DNA of 64,000 nt from Candidatus Latescibacterota bacterium (GTDB lineage: Bacteria; Latescibacterota; UBA2968), in assembly GCA_965208125.1 (NCBI GenBank), contig OZ242320.1, positions 4,544,001 through 4,608,000 on the forward strand. The letters are read 5' to 3'. The position numbers and the translations under genes are program-made. Under the pieces are notes generated by a model, which was given only the letters and a program-made list of their open reading frames with translations, was not told the origin of the DNA and made no database searches. Of this stretch, positions 1 to 9,495 are shown piece after piece. The number at the start of each line of letters is the position of its first letter. Position 1 is the stretch's first letter.

Positions 1-1
1 C

Positions 2-370
2 AATGTAGATTGGTGCATCAAATTTGAGTGCCATCAAGATCGCGTCGCTCGGTCGTGCGTCGAGTTCCAGAGGGATTACGGGGGAGATGAGATGTAATTG
101 CGCGCGATAGACGTGGTCTATAATGTCTGTGATGAGCGCGTGTTGAACGCTGGCTTGCAGGTTTTTGATGACTGTTTTGATCAGGTCGTGTGCAAATGGA
201 CGCGGTGGTTTGAAATTTTCGCCTGCAATATGAAGGGCAAGTGAGAACATTTCGCCCATTTGAATCCATATTGGCACGCGGTGGTCGCCGTCTTTTTGTT
301 TGAGCATAACAACCGGCTCTTCGAATTGGCGGTCGATAAATATGCCTTCGATTTGGGCTTCATAGACCAT
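2..370 (-). CDS. Bifunctional nuclease (DUF151/BFN) family protein, 3' end truncated by the window edge
   Basis: Not in the ORF track. Manual translation from ATG at 370 gives MVYEAQIEGIFIDRQFEEPVVMLKQ...VPIWI...PPRPFAHDL...LDARPSDAILMALKFDAPIYI. RP.xHDL and DARPSDAI are the family motifs. GAGG RBS upstream. Confidence 0.9.
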   Translation of the reverse strand, partial: MVYEAQIEGIFIDRQFEEPVVMLKQKDGDHRVPIWIQMGEMFSLALHIAGENFKPPRPFAHDLIKTVIKNLQASVQHALITDIIDHVYRAQLHLISPVIPLELDARPSDAILMALKFDAPIYI

Positions 371-396
371 GGACGCGACCTCTGTTCGTTTTTCAA

Positions 397-425
397 AATA
401 TAAAGGAGGGCGAAGGAAGGGGCAA
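397..425 (-). promoter_or_regulatory. Putative sigma70-type promoter of the nuclease gene (TTGCCC-17-TATATT)
   Basis: Minus strand reads ttgccc cttccttcgccctcctt tatatt; the same -10 is seen at the tRNA-Gln and tRNA-Glu promoters. Confidence 0.5.
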
Positions 426-442
426 GTGATCAGTTCTTAAAT

Positions 443-1087
443 TTAGTCCAAAACGAGCGAGACGGCGAGCCAGCCGCCTACGGGTATGATGTTGGAGATG
501 AGTCTGGGATGGTCGGCAACGCGGCGGTTGTAGTCCTGTATGCCGCGGCGACCATCGCCTTCGGGCAGTGCGCGGTGTGCATGTCCGTGTCCATTGGCAT
601 TGTCGGCGATGATGAGGCCTCCCGGGCGCGTGTTTTCAAGGGCGAAGTCGAGATATTTGGGATAGCTTTCTTTGTCTGCATCGATGAAGATGAGGTCAAA
701 AGGTCCGTCCTGCGCCGCGTCTTGCATGAGTTTTGTGCCGTCGCCGAGTCGCACGTCTGCTCGGTCGGAGAGTCCGGCTTTTTCGTAGTTGCGCCGCGTG
801 GCATCGGCGTGTTTGGGCTCAATTTCGAGGGTGATGAACTGCCCGTCTTCGGGCAGTGCACGGGCGAGCCAGATCCCCGAATAGCCAGCGAGCGCGCCAA
901 ATTCGAGAATTTTTTTTGCGCCAATTGTTTTAGCGAGCAAATACAGGGTTTGCCCGGCTTCGGGGCTGACTGAGATTCGCGGAATACCCTGTTCGGCAGC
1001 GTCGGGCATGATGTTTTTGAGCAAGTCGTCTTCGCGGGCGAAGACTTCCCGTTTGTATGTGTCGAGATCGGGATAGGTTTGTTGCAT
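443..1087 (-). CDS. SAM-dependent O-methyltransferase (COMT/caffeoyl-CoA OMT-like, Methyltransf_3)
   Basis: ILEFGALAGYSGIWLA, ITLEIE, FDLIFIDADKESYP, GGLIIADN motifs. Confidence 0.9.
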   Translation of the reverse strand: MQQTYPDLDTYKREVFAREDDLLKNIMPDAAEQGIPRISVSPEAGQTLYLLAKTIGAKKILEFGALAGYSGIWLARALPEDGQFITLEIEPKHADATRRNYEKAGLSDRADVRLGDGTKLMQDAAQDGPFDLIFIDADKESYPKYLDFALENTRPGGLIIADNANGHGHAHRALPEGDGRRGIQDYNRRVADHPRLISNIIPVGGWLAVSLVLD

Positions 1088-1112
1088 TGGATTAGCCTTT
1101 CATTGCACGCGT

Positions 1113-2156
1113 TTAGAATGTGATTCTTCTGCCTTCTTTTGCCGATTGATATGCGCCGAGGATCATTTCAACGGAGACGCGCCCTTCTTCGGGGGAGACG
1201 CGCTCGTCGCTCAGGCCGCGAATATAGTTGATAAATGGACGGGGTATGGCGGCGATGCGCTCGCCCTGTCCTTTGGGGATGTCCATTTTGAATTCGGTCC
1301 AGCAATCGTCACCTCGGCGGATGTATTTGAGTGGTACGGCGTCTTCTGATCGCGGCGCAGAGGTGGAGGGCGCGTCGCCGTAGTCCTGGATGATGGTTCC
1401 TTCGTCGCCGTAGATTTCAGTGGTGTTGACGCCTGCGGCAGTGGTGGAGCCGTTGAACAATATGCCCATTATGCCGGTTTCAAAACGGAAGATGGAGACG
1501 CCGTTATCGTCAGGCGCTACATCTGTCACGATGTTGTCGATTTCGGCCATTACTGAGACGGGACGACCAAAGACCCAGTAGAACCAGTCGGCGGCATGGG
1601 TGGCGTCGTCGAAGTACATTCCGATATTGGCAATGGGATCGAGGTGCCATCTGGATGCGCCAGTGACAAAGTGGGGATTGAGCAGTACGGGGATGCAATG
1701 TCTTCGGCGAACAACCGCGATATTTCCGACTATGCCTTTGTCAACGAGTTCCTTAATTTTGCGGTTGACGGGGTCTTGTCGCATCTGAAAGGCCATGCTG
1801 AATTTGACGCCCGCTTTATTTACGGCTTCGATGATGCGGTCGCAATCCTCAAGGGTGGTGGCCATGGGTTTTTGGAGCAGGATGTTTTTGCCCGCCTGGG
1901 CGGCCACTATCGCGTATTCTGCGTGGCGATTGGTTTCTATGCCGATCATGACGGTGTCGATGTTTGGGTCGTCGATTACGGCGTCTGCTGATGTGCGAAA
2001 TTCCATGCCGAATTTTTCAGCATTTTCGCGTCCGCGATCTTTGTTGTCGTCCCAGGTGGCGATGAGTTCGACATCGTCAAAATGCTGCATTTGACCGCAA
2101 TATGTGTTGATGTGTCCGTGTGCGTGGCTGATGACGCCAATATGAATTTTGTCCAT
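1113..2156 (-). CDS. Gfo/Idh/MocA family oxidoreductase
   Basis: N-terminal Rossmann fold, AGKNILLQKPMA, FQMR, DDATH..D. Confidence 0.88.
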   Translation of the reverse strand: MDKIHIGVISHAHGHINTYCGQMQHFDDVELIATWDDNKDRGRENAEKFGMEFRTSADAVIDDPNIDTVMIGIETNRHAEYAIVAAQAGKNILLQKPMATTLEDCDRIIEAVNKAGVKFSMAFQMRQDPVNRKIKELVDKGIVGNIAVVRRRHCIPVLLNPHFVTGASRWHLDPIANIGMYFDDATHAADWFYWVFGRPVSVMAEIDNIVTDVAPDDNGVSIFRFETGIMGILFNGSTTAAGVNTTEIYGDEGTIIQDYGDAPSTSAPRSEDAVPLKYIRRGDDCWTEFKMDIPKGQGERIAAIPRPFINYIRGLSDERVSPEEGRVSVEMILGAYQSAKEGRRITF

Positions 2157-2164
2157 AAATATCC

Positions 2165-3169
2165 CTATTTCACGTAAACTACGGTTTCGGTGTCGAGCGA
2201 TTCAATGGCTGCGGCAATGACTTTTTGCGCGGCAAGGCCCTCTTCGCCCGATCCGTCGATGTCTTCGGGTGCAACCCCGTCGCTGACCTGGCGGAGAAAT
2301 GTGCCGATGCGGTCGCGGAAGGTGTCGATAAAGTCTCCAAATCCTCCAAAGGCAGGGTCTGTGTACACGGTTTTTTCGAGGTTGCCAGCCGGGTAGAGGG
2401 TAAGTTCGTGCCACATGTCTTCAAGGACGAACCGGCCGCCTGTGCCAGCGACTTCGCAGCGCTCCATGGGATGCCCGCGCGCGATGTCGTAACTGCCTGT
2501 GAGTGAGCCGACCACGCCATTTTTAAAACGCATGTTGAACTGTGCGGTGGACCATATTTGGCGCCCGGGTGCTTTGGTGGCGAAACAGTGAACCGCTTCG
2601 ATATCGCCACAGAAATAGCGCATGACGTCAATGGTGTGTGGGTGAAGTGCTTTGAGGTGATAATACGGCGAGCTTTCCGCCGGGTTCATGATCCACATTG
2701 CCATATTGATAAAGAGCAGATGGCCCAGGCGCCCTTCATCGACCCATTTTTTTGCAAGGCGAGCCGCAGGGGTAAAGCGGTGGTTGAGGTCAATGCCGTA
2801 GCATACGCCCATTTCTTTTGCTTTGGCGACCATTTCTTCGCCGTGTAAAATATTATTTGAGATGGGTTTTTCGCCCAGGACGTGACAGCCGGCTTCGATG
2901 GCTTGTATGGTGGGCGCGTAGTGATCGCTGCTGTATTCATATCCGCCCGTGGCTACACTTACCACATCGGGTTTGAGTTCTTCAAGCATTTTCGGAACGT
3001 TGTAAAAAGCGGTGACGCCCAGGCGTTGTGCGGCCGCGTTGGCGCGGGTTTCGTCAATGTCGCATACGCCCATAAGTTGAGACAGTGGGTTTTCTACATA
3101 AATATCAGCGTGCCGGTTGCCAATTGGTCCCAGCCCGATGACACATACACGTAGCATAAGAGACTCCAT
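2165..3169 (-). CDS. Gfo/Idh/MocA family oxidoreductase
   Basis: VIGLGPIG, HVLGEKPI, NHRF. True start may be the second Met. Confidence 0.9.
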   Translation of the reverse strand: MESLMLRVCVIGLGPIGNRHADIYVENPLSQLMGVCDIDETRANAAAQRLGVTAFYNVPKMLEELKPDVVSVATGGYEYSSDHYAPTIQAIEAGCHVLGEKPISNNILHGEEMVAKAKEMGVCYGIDLNHRFTPAARLAKKWVDEGRLGHLLFINMAMWIMNPAESSPYYHLKALHPHTIDVMRYFCGDIEAVHCFATKAPGRQIWSTAQFNMRFKNGVVGSLTGSYDIARGHPMERCEVAGTGGRFVLEDMWHELTLYPAGNLEKTVYTDPAFGGFGDFIDTFRDRIGTFLRQVSDGVAPEDIDGSGEEGLAAQKVIAAAIESLDTETVVYVK

Positions 3170-3319
3170 ATTTGGGATTGGTACTCAATCGTCCAGTTTG
3201 GCAAGACGGGGAGTTTTACTTTTTATTTAAGCATAAATTATTTTTCGTCAAGATGTTTGCGAGGCGGGGTACAACTTTGGTAGGCGTGTGATTTTTGGCT
3301 TGCAATAAGGTATTTTTCC

Positions 3320-3348
3320 TTGCCAAGTGTGTTTGAATCCGCTAAATT
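3320..3348 (+). promoter_or_regulatory. Putative promoter TTGCCA-17-TAAATT
   Basis: Correct spacing in an AT-rich intergenic region upstream of 3402. Confidence 0.4.
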
Positions 3349-3401
3349 ACGGCGTCCTGAGTTTCGAAATTTGACGAATTTGATCATTTCTACAAAATGC
3401 T

Positions 3402-3782
3402 ATGAAGCGCGAAAGAATACATTATAACACGGTACGCGAGATTTGTTTTTCGCCAGAAGATATTGCTCGCCTTTCCGATAATTTGCAGCAAAATGGCGCG
3501 CCGTGTCACATCCGTCATTTAATGCCCGGCGAGGCAGACCCTGTGCGTTTGGCTCAGGTTAAAGACGTCATTGAGACGGTGTTGATGGGGCGCAAGTACG
3601 AGGTTTTGTTGCTGCGCTCGCAGGGCAAGACGTTTACAGAGATCGCGCTGCTGTTAGAGATTTCAAAAAGTGCAGTGCAAAGCCACTACCGTATCGCTAT
3701 AAGACGGGTGCAACGCGCTCTGGGCATAGAACCCGGGCAAAAGGCCAAACCTCCATCACCATCGATGTATTCCATCGTTTAG
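3402..3782 (+). CDS. Small protein with sigma-70 region 4 / LuxR-like helix-turn-helix
   Basis: RKYEVLLLRSQGKTFTEIALLLEISKSAVQSHYRIAIRRV matches a region-4 HTH; no region 2 is evident. Confidence 0.7.
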   Translation: MKRERIHYNTVREICFSPEDIARLSDNLQQNGAPCHIRHLMPGEADPVRLAQVKDVIETVLMGRKYEVLLLRSQGKTFTEIALLLEISKSAVQSHYRIAIRRVQRALGIEPGQKAKPPSPSMYSIV

Positions 3783-3952
3783 TTTTTTTCTCTCTGTTTT
3801 GTCAATCAGGTTCCGCTTTGTGCGCGACCTGTTTTTTTTTGCTCTAAGCCTCCAGTCCCTCGCCTTTTTCTTGTCTTTGTCTCATTCATGTGTATCTTTG
3901 GTGGTCATTGAAGTTGTCAATCGCACTTTTTCATTTTTGAAAGGAGCTTTTC

Positions 3953-4330
3953 ATGGCTGTATTTCTTCATACGCGCGTTCGCGTGAGCGATTTGGACAGG
4001 TCGATCCAGTATTATTGCGATCACTTTGGTTTTGTACTAAAAAGCCGTTCGGAAAAGTCGCCAGCGGGCAATCAGATCTGCCATCTGGAATTGCCGGGCA
4101 ATGAGCATACGCTGGAATTGACGTACTCCGATGATTACGAGTTGAATGTGCCCGAAGATTTGATGCATTTCGCTATCGGAGTGCCCGATTTGATTGCCTT
4201 TTGTGATGAGTTGGAGAAAAAGGGAATCGAGATTTGGCCCGGCGATTGGCGAGAGACATTTCCCACGGGCCGCAAAATGGCATTTGTCGATGATCCCGAT
4301 GGGTATGAGATTGAGTTGTTGGAGAGGTAA
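3953..4330 (+). CDS. VOC/glyoxalase family protein (lactoylglutathione lyase-like)
   Basis: FLHTRVRVSDLDRSIQYY, LELTY, HFAIGV, FVDDPDGYEIELLE; AAGGAG RBS. Confidence 0.9.
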   Translation: MAVFLHTRVRVSDLDRSIQYYCDHFGFVLKSRSEKSPAGNQICHLELPGNEHTLELTYSDDYELNVPEDLMHFAIGVPDLIAFCDELEKKGIEIWPGDWRETFPTGRKMAFVDDPDGYEIELLER

Positions 4331-4353
4331 GACTTGATGGTAATACTTTATCC

Positions 4354-4809
4354 ATGTTACCCAATTTAACCGTGCGTTCGGCACAAATTTCTGATAGAAA
4401 TGCACTTAATGAATTAGTGAAACTTATTGGGCCACAATGTATTGTGGATTTTTTGAGTGGTCGTGCGTCCATAGATATGGAGCAGACGCTTGTGGCTGTG
4501 CAGGGCGATCAGGTGATTGGGTTTGTGGCGTGGTTGCAGGATGAGATGCAGGCTGTGATTGTGGGGCTTGGGGTGCGCGTCACGCATCGGCGCTTTGGCG
4601 TGGCAACGCAGTTGGTCAATGCGCTGACAGAGCATTTGCGGGAGGAGGGGGTGCGGTTGTTGGAGGTGATTGTGTCGCGCGATAGGGTGGGCGCGATGGC
4701 CGTGTTTGAATCGTTAGAGTTCAGGCAACTGGGGCACAGTGCCGTGGACTGCGTTACATTTGAGTATCGCTTGTGGGGGCGCAGAAATCGGGCAGATGGT
4801 TTTGCGTAA
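4354..4809 (+). CDS. GNAT family N-acetyltransferase
   Basis: LGVRVTHRRFGVATQLV acetyl-CoA binding motif A. Confidence 0.8.
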   Translation: MLPNLTVRSAQISDRNALNELVKLIGPQCIVDFLSGRASIDMEQTLVAVQGDQVIGFVAWLQDEMQAVIVGLGVRVTHRRFGVATQLVNALTEHLREEGVRLLEVIVSRDRVGAMAVFESLEFRQLGHSAVDCVTFEYRLWGRRNRADGFA

Positions 4810-4917
4810 TTTGTTGTAATTCATAACAGGAGGTGAGTGATGCACGGTTGCAGGTTGCATCTTTTGCCTCCTGTTATTAGTTTGGGAGTTCTGGTAGGCG
4901 ATTGAGAAAGGTGGATT

Positions 4918-6873
4918 ATGGCCGAAGTACAAGCCTCAAATACAACAGATGCGGCAACGCGCGAGGGCATCACGCTCAGGGCTGTTCTTTTTGGGTTGGT
5001 GGTAGTGCTGTGGATTGCGTTTTGGAATACGCATGCCGAGTATATCGCCCACACATCGCGTATGAATATCAGCCATTTCCCAATGGTATTGCTGTGTACA
5101 TACATACTGGTGGTGTTGCTGAATCAACTGGTGCGCTGGATAAAGCCGCGATATGCGCTGTGTCAGGCCGAGTTGCTGGTGGTACTGGCGATGGGGCTTT
5201 TGGGTGCGGCCATTCCCGCCTATGGGTTGACGAGTTTTTTCCTGGGCATGATTTCTGTGCCACATTATCTGGCGACGCCCGAAAATCAATGGTCGGAATT
5301 TGTCCATCCACATTTGCCCGATTGGCTGGTGCCGAGCAACGAAGGCTACGCCATGCAATGGCTTTATGAGGGCCTGCCTGCGGGACAGTCCATTCCATGG
5401 GATGTGTGGGTTGTGCCGCTGTTCTGGTGGTTGAGCGTTGTTGCTGCCATTGTTCTGGCGTCTATCGCGCTTTCGAGTATGTTGCGAAAACAGTGGTCGG
5501 AGCACGAGCGCGTGGCTTATCCCGTGCTCGGTCCGCCGGTAGAACTGGCTTCAGCGGCTGACGCGCCAAAGCGGGAAGGCATTTTTTACAATCGGTTGTT
5601 CTGGATCGGATGCGGCCTGATTTTTTTTGTGAAGGCGTGGAATATTATGTCGTATTTCAATCCCGGTATTCCCATTATCTGGTTGGGGCAGCAGTGGTTT
5701 TATTTTGCCCGATTTTATCCGCCGCAGCATACAGGGGTGAATTTTTTTACGATTGGCTTTGCGTATTTTGCCAATGTGGATGTGTTGTTTTCCATTTTGG
5801 TCTTTCATGTTCTGTATCTCAATGAGATTGCTTTTTTTCGCAGGATTGGGTTCACATTATCGGCTAAAACAGGTCCCGGCGATGCGGTGGCTGGTCTGCA
5901 AAGTGCCGGGGCATTTATCGCTCTGGTTTTCTGGACATTTTGGACAGCGCGGCTGCATTTGAAGGATGTGTTTCGCAAGGCTTTGCAGGGCGATGATAAT
6001 GTAGATGATTCGAATGAGTTGATGTCGCATCGCATGGCGGTTATTTCGCTTGTTATCAGCGTGTTGTTCATGTTGTTGTGGTTGCACACGATGGGGTTGG
6101 AATGGAAGTTTGCGTGTCTGTTAACCCTGGGTTTGTTCATCGCTTATGTTGGGCTTGCTCGCATTATTGCCGAGACTGGCGTGGTGTATATGAGCATGCC
6201 GATCAACGAGGCCGGGTTCACAGATTTGTTTTTTCATCCTGCAGATTATTCGGCTGGCGCGCGTACTTCAATCACATTATTCTCTTCTCTGCGCTGCCAG
6301 AGCAAGGCGATGTTTATGGTGCCTCTGGTTCACATTGCAAAGTTGGGCGAGTTGATCCAGCAGCAAAAGGGGCGTTTGTTGATGGTCGTGCTTGTGACGC
6401 TTATCGTCGGGATTGGATGGACGGTGATTCTGACGATTTTTTTGAGTTATACATACGGTGCGTATAATTTTAATGATCTTCCATTTACGCGCTATCCGCC
6501 GCGCGTGTACGACGCTCTGGTCAAAGCGTTAAAAGAAGTGCCCGAATACAAATCCGAACGCTATTTGTTTTTAGGTGCTGGGGCGCTCATTTTTAGTGTT
6601 ATGAGTTTTTTGAGGTATCGCTTTACATGGTGGCCCCTGCACCCTATGGGGATGATTGTGCCGGTGGGACACGCGATGCATTCGACGATGTCCATTTTGA
6701 TTGCGTGGAGTGCCAAAGCGATTATTCTTCGCATTGGCGGGGCATCGCTTTATCGGCGCAGCAGGCCCATTTTTGTCGGGATGCTGGTGGGCTATGGGCT
6801 TGCTGTGTTCACGTCCTATGTGGTGGATCAAATCTGGTTTCCCGAGCGCGGGCATCACATGCATTCGTGGTAG
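4918..6873 (+). CDS. DUF6785/DUF6784-like polytopic membrane protein (putative transporter)
   Basis: About 15 hydrophobic segments; GITLRAVLFG, RKQW..HERVAYP, ARIIAETG, WWPLHPMG, ILRIGG..LYR..PIFVG. Confidence 0.75.
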   Translation: MAEVQASNTTDAATREGITLRAVLFGLVVVLWIAFWNTHAEYIAHTSRMNISHFPMVLLCTYILVVLLNQLVRWIKPRYALCQAELLVVLAMGLLGAAIPAYGLTSFFLGMISVPHYLATPENQWSEFVHPHLPDWLVPSNEGYAMQWLYEGLPAGQSIPWDVWVVPLFWWLSVVAAIVLASIALSSMLRKQWSEHERVAYPVLGPPVELASAADAPKREGIFYNRLFWIGCGLIFFVKAWNIMSYFNPGIPIIWLGQQWFYFARFYPPQHTGVNFFTIGFAYFANVDVLFSILVFHVLYLNEIAFFRRIGFTLSAKTGPGDAVAGLQSAGAFIALVFWTFWTARLHLKDVFRKALQGDDNVDDSNELMSHRMAVISLVISVLFMLLWLHTMGLEWKFACLLTLGLFIAYVGLARIIAETGVVYMSMPINEAGFTDLFFHPADYSAGARTSITLFSSLRCQSKAMFMVPLVHIAKLGELIQQQKGRLLMVVLVTLIVGIGWTVILTIFLSYTYGAYNFNDLPFTRYPPRVYDALVKALKEVPEYKSERYLFLGAGALIFSVMSFLRYRFTWWPLHPMGMIVPVGHAMHSTMSILIAWSAKAIILRIGGASLYRRSRPIFVGMLVGYGLAVFTSYVVDQIWFPERGHHMHSW

Positions 6874-6878
6874 GGAAT

Positions 6879-8327
6879 ATGAGTAATCAGTCTTTGGCAA
6901 CACGAGCGGTGCGCGGTGCGTTTTGGACAGGCAGTGGGTTGGGTGTGCATCTTATCGTGACACTGATTTTTTTTCGGATTCTAAATCTGGAAGATATGGG
7001 GTATTTCATCTGGGCACAGCGCGTTCTGGTTCTGTTTCAGATGGTCGGTGTATTGGGTCTAAACGACGCGCTGATAAAATACCAGGATGCCTCGCGGATC
7101 CATTTTTCTTCTGCTTTTTGGGCTTGTCTTTTTGTGGGGATTGCGCTTTTTGTCGGGTTTATAGCAAGTGAGTGGCTTTTGATTATCTGGTGGGGAAGAA
7201 CGCCGAATATCGCGGCGTTTTTTGATATTGCAAAACCCATGGCTTTGATTATTCCGCTTGCGTCTGTTTCGGGTATTGTGAAAGCAATTCTGGCTCGAGA
7301 TTTGCGCTTTCAGTCCATAGCGATAAGTGAAATGGCCGCTGCGTTGATTGCCGCAATTGTCGGTATTGGTCTTCTCATTGGCGGTTGGGGGATAAAAAGT
7401 GCGGTTTGGAATGCAATAACAAGGGAGATCGCATTGTTGGGCGGTTTGTGGATTGCCGCTGCCTGGATGCCGTCGCTGTCGTTTAGTTGGGCAAAGCTGA
7501 AGGCACTTTTGCCATTTGGATTCAATGTTTCTGGCGCGAATCTGCTCAACAATATCAACAATAATCTGGACAAGGTCTATTTTGTCCCCGTTTTGCTGGG
7601 ACCCGTTGCTGCGGGTCTGTACGCTTTTGCCTATCAATATACAATGGTTCCATTGAACCGGGCGAGTGTTGTGCTGACGCGGGTGATTTTTCCGGCTTTT
7701 TCCGTGGTGCAGCGCAATAATCAGACTTTGCGACGGGGATATACGCGCACGATTACCGCGATTGCCCTTTTGTCCTGGCCCGCGCTAACAGGTGGTTTTA
7801 TTTATGGGCAAGAGATTTTGTTGCTCGTAAAAGGTGAAGAGCTGTTGTCTGCTCTTAATCCACTCAGGCTGTTGATTTTAGCAGGCATGCTTAAAGCTGT
7901 GGGGACAGTTGTGGGATCGGTTTTCCTCGCCAAGGGAAAGGCAAACTGGTCGTTTCGGTGGACGCTTGTAAATCTGATTGTTTTTGTGCCTGCGCTTTAT
8001 TGGGGCGTGCACTATGGCATTGATGGAATCGCCGCCGTACTTTCAGCGGCTGCTGTGTTATTTCTCGTGGTTACACAAATACTGGTCAATCGTTTGATTG
8101 ATTTGCGAATGGCTGATTATTTTAAGTCATTTGTCGGGCCATTTTTGACGACGCTATGGGTCGCGGTTGCGCTGGTCTCGGTTCGGTCATTGACAAATCT
8201 GGAGCCTGTTGAATCTCTGTTGTGGGGTATAGTGTTCGGGGGCATTGCTTATGTTATTGCTATTCGTTTGTTCGCAGGGGAATTTGTGATGCGGTTTTGG
8301 CGTGATTTCCGGGGTAATAGATTGTGA
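6879..8327 (+). CDS. WzxC-like polysaccharide flippase (PST/MOP superfamily)
   Basis: Start re-called at ATG 6879 (MSNQSLATRAVRGAFW). LARDLRFQSIA, LLGPVAAGLY, VIFPAFS; 12-14 TMs. Confidence 0.85.
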   Translation: MSNQSLATRAVRGAFWTGSGLGVHLIVTLIFFRILNLEDMGYFIWAQRVLVLFQMVGVLGLNDALIKYQDASRIHFSSAFWACLFVGIALFVGFIASEWLLIIWWGRTPNIAAFFDIAKPMALIIPLASVSGIVKAILARDLRFQSIAISEMAAALIAAIVGIGLLIGGWGIKSAVWNAITREIALLGGLWIAAAWMPSLSFSWAKLKALLPFGFNVSGANLLNNINNNLDKVYFVPVLLGPVAAGLYAFAYQYTMVPLNRASVVLTRVIFPAFSVVQRNNQTLRRGYTRTITAIALLSWPALTGGFIYGQEILLLVKGEELLSALNPLRLLILAGMLKAVGTVVGSVFLAKGKANWSFRWTLVNLIVFVPALYWGVHYGIDGIAAVLSAAAVLFLVVTQILVNRLIDLRMADYFKSFVGPFLTTLWVAVALVSVRSLTNLEPVESLLWGIVFGGIAYVIAIRLFAGEFVMRFWRDFRGNRL

Positions 8328-8392
8328 TTGTGTTGTCCGCCTGTTCATGGCATAATGCAAGCGTCTGGGTGGAAAACTAAAGGAGGCACATT

Positions 8393-9475
8393 TTGAAAAC
8401 CTACCGCGTGGGTATTATTGGATTGGGACGAATGGGCAGCACGATTGACGATGAAGGGCATGCTGTCAAACCGTATTCTGTTGCGGCCTGTTGTGAGGTG
8501 ATAGATCAGCTCGAACTGGTCGCTGGCGCTGATTTGCAAGCAGATAAGCGGGCGGCTTTTACCGAGCGATGGGGTGTGAAGGCTGTGTACGAAGATTATC
8601 TGGAGATGGTGGCGCAAGAGTCGCTCGATCTTGTGGCGGTGTGTACAACGGCTTCGGGTTTGTTTAAACCCGCTAATGAAGCACCCGACGCGAATTTCAG
8701 GGGCGATTCGCATGCGGATTTAACCGTGAGCCTTGCCAATGCTGGGGTGCCGATGTTGTATGTGGAGAAGGCTATGGCGAGTTCGATGGTGAGGGCAGAT
8801 GAGATTTTGGAAGCGGTGAAAGCCAATGGTACTGTGTTTAATACGGGTGTTTTGAGGCGATTTAACGTGAGCTATCACGCCGTGCGCCGCGCTATTGTCG
8901 GGGGTGAGATTGGCGAACCCAGAGCAGCTATTCACTACGCGGCTTCATCTTTGATGCACGGGCATATACACTCTATAGATACGCTCTCTTTTTTGTTGGG
9001 CGATCCGAAAATCGAAGCGGTGCGCGGTGAATTGTTGCCGCGAGATATTGTGATTGAGAACAATCACATTGCTTTTGATCCGAGCGCGACTTTTCAATTG
9101 CGATTTGAAAATGGCATAGAAGCCTGTTCGATACCTGCTGGCGGATGGGAATTTGAGGTGATAGGAACAAAGGGGTGCATCCGGTCAATTAACAATGGGG
9201 ATGGTATAAAGCTCAGAAAAGCCGGTAGCCTGGTGGGCAAACGCCAGGGATGGGATGATGCAGAGGTCGCGCCTGTTGCGCCAAAAAGCCATGTGGTGTC
9301 GTGTCTGGAGGATTTGATAGAAGCGTATGAGCAAGGACGTCCAACGCTGGGGCCTGTGGAGGTTGCCCATCACGTAACTGAGGCATGTATTGCTGTAGCG
9401 GAAAGTCACCGTCGGGGAAGTTCGTGGGTAAATCTACCGTTGGGAGACAGGGATTTGTACATTTTTCACGTTTAG
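8393..9475 (+). CDS. Gfo/Idh/MocA family oxidoreductase
   Basis: TTG start after AAGGAGG; IIGLGRMG, YVEKAMA, LRRF. Confidence 0.85.
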   Translation: MKTYRVGIIGLGRMGSTIDDEGHAVKPYSVAACCEVIDQLELVAGADLQADKRAAFTERWGVKAVYEDYLEMVAQESLDLVAVCTTASGLFKPANEAPDANFRGDSHADLTVSLANAGVPMLYVEKAMASSMVRADEILEAVKANGTVFNTGVLRRFNVSYHAVRRAIVGGEIGEPRAAIHYAASSLMHGHIHSIDTLSFLLGDPKIEAVRGELLPRDIVIENNHIAFDPSATFQLRFENGIEACSIPAGGWEFEVIGTKGCIRSINNGDGIKLRKAGSLVGKRQGWDDAEVAPVAPKSHVVSCLEDLIEAYEQGRPTLGPVEVAHHVTEACIAVAESHRRGSSWVNLPLGDRDLYIFHV

Positions 9476-9495
9476 GTCTTCATTGGGGGCAGACC

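Noticed and set aside
18-396. ORF-track ORFs 18..269 and 181..396
   Set aside because: Wrong frames; the real gene is the DUF151 nuclease in the third minus frame, starting at 370.
6627-6878. 84-aa N-terminal extension of the flippase overlapping the DUF6785 gene
   Set aside because: Homology-like sequence begins at ATG 6879; the extension is an ORF-caller artefact, as are those at 9385, 24668, 33173 and 38546.
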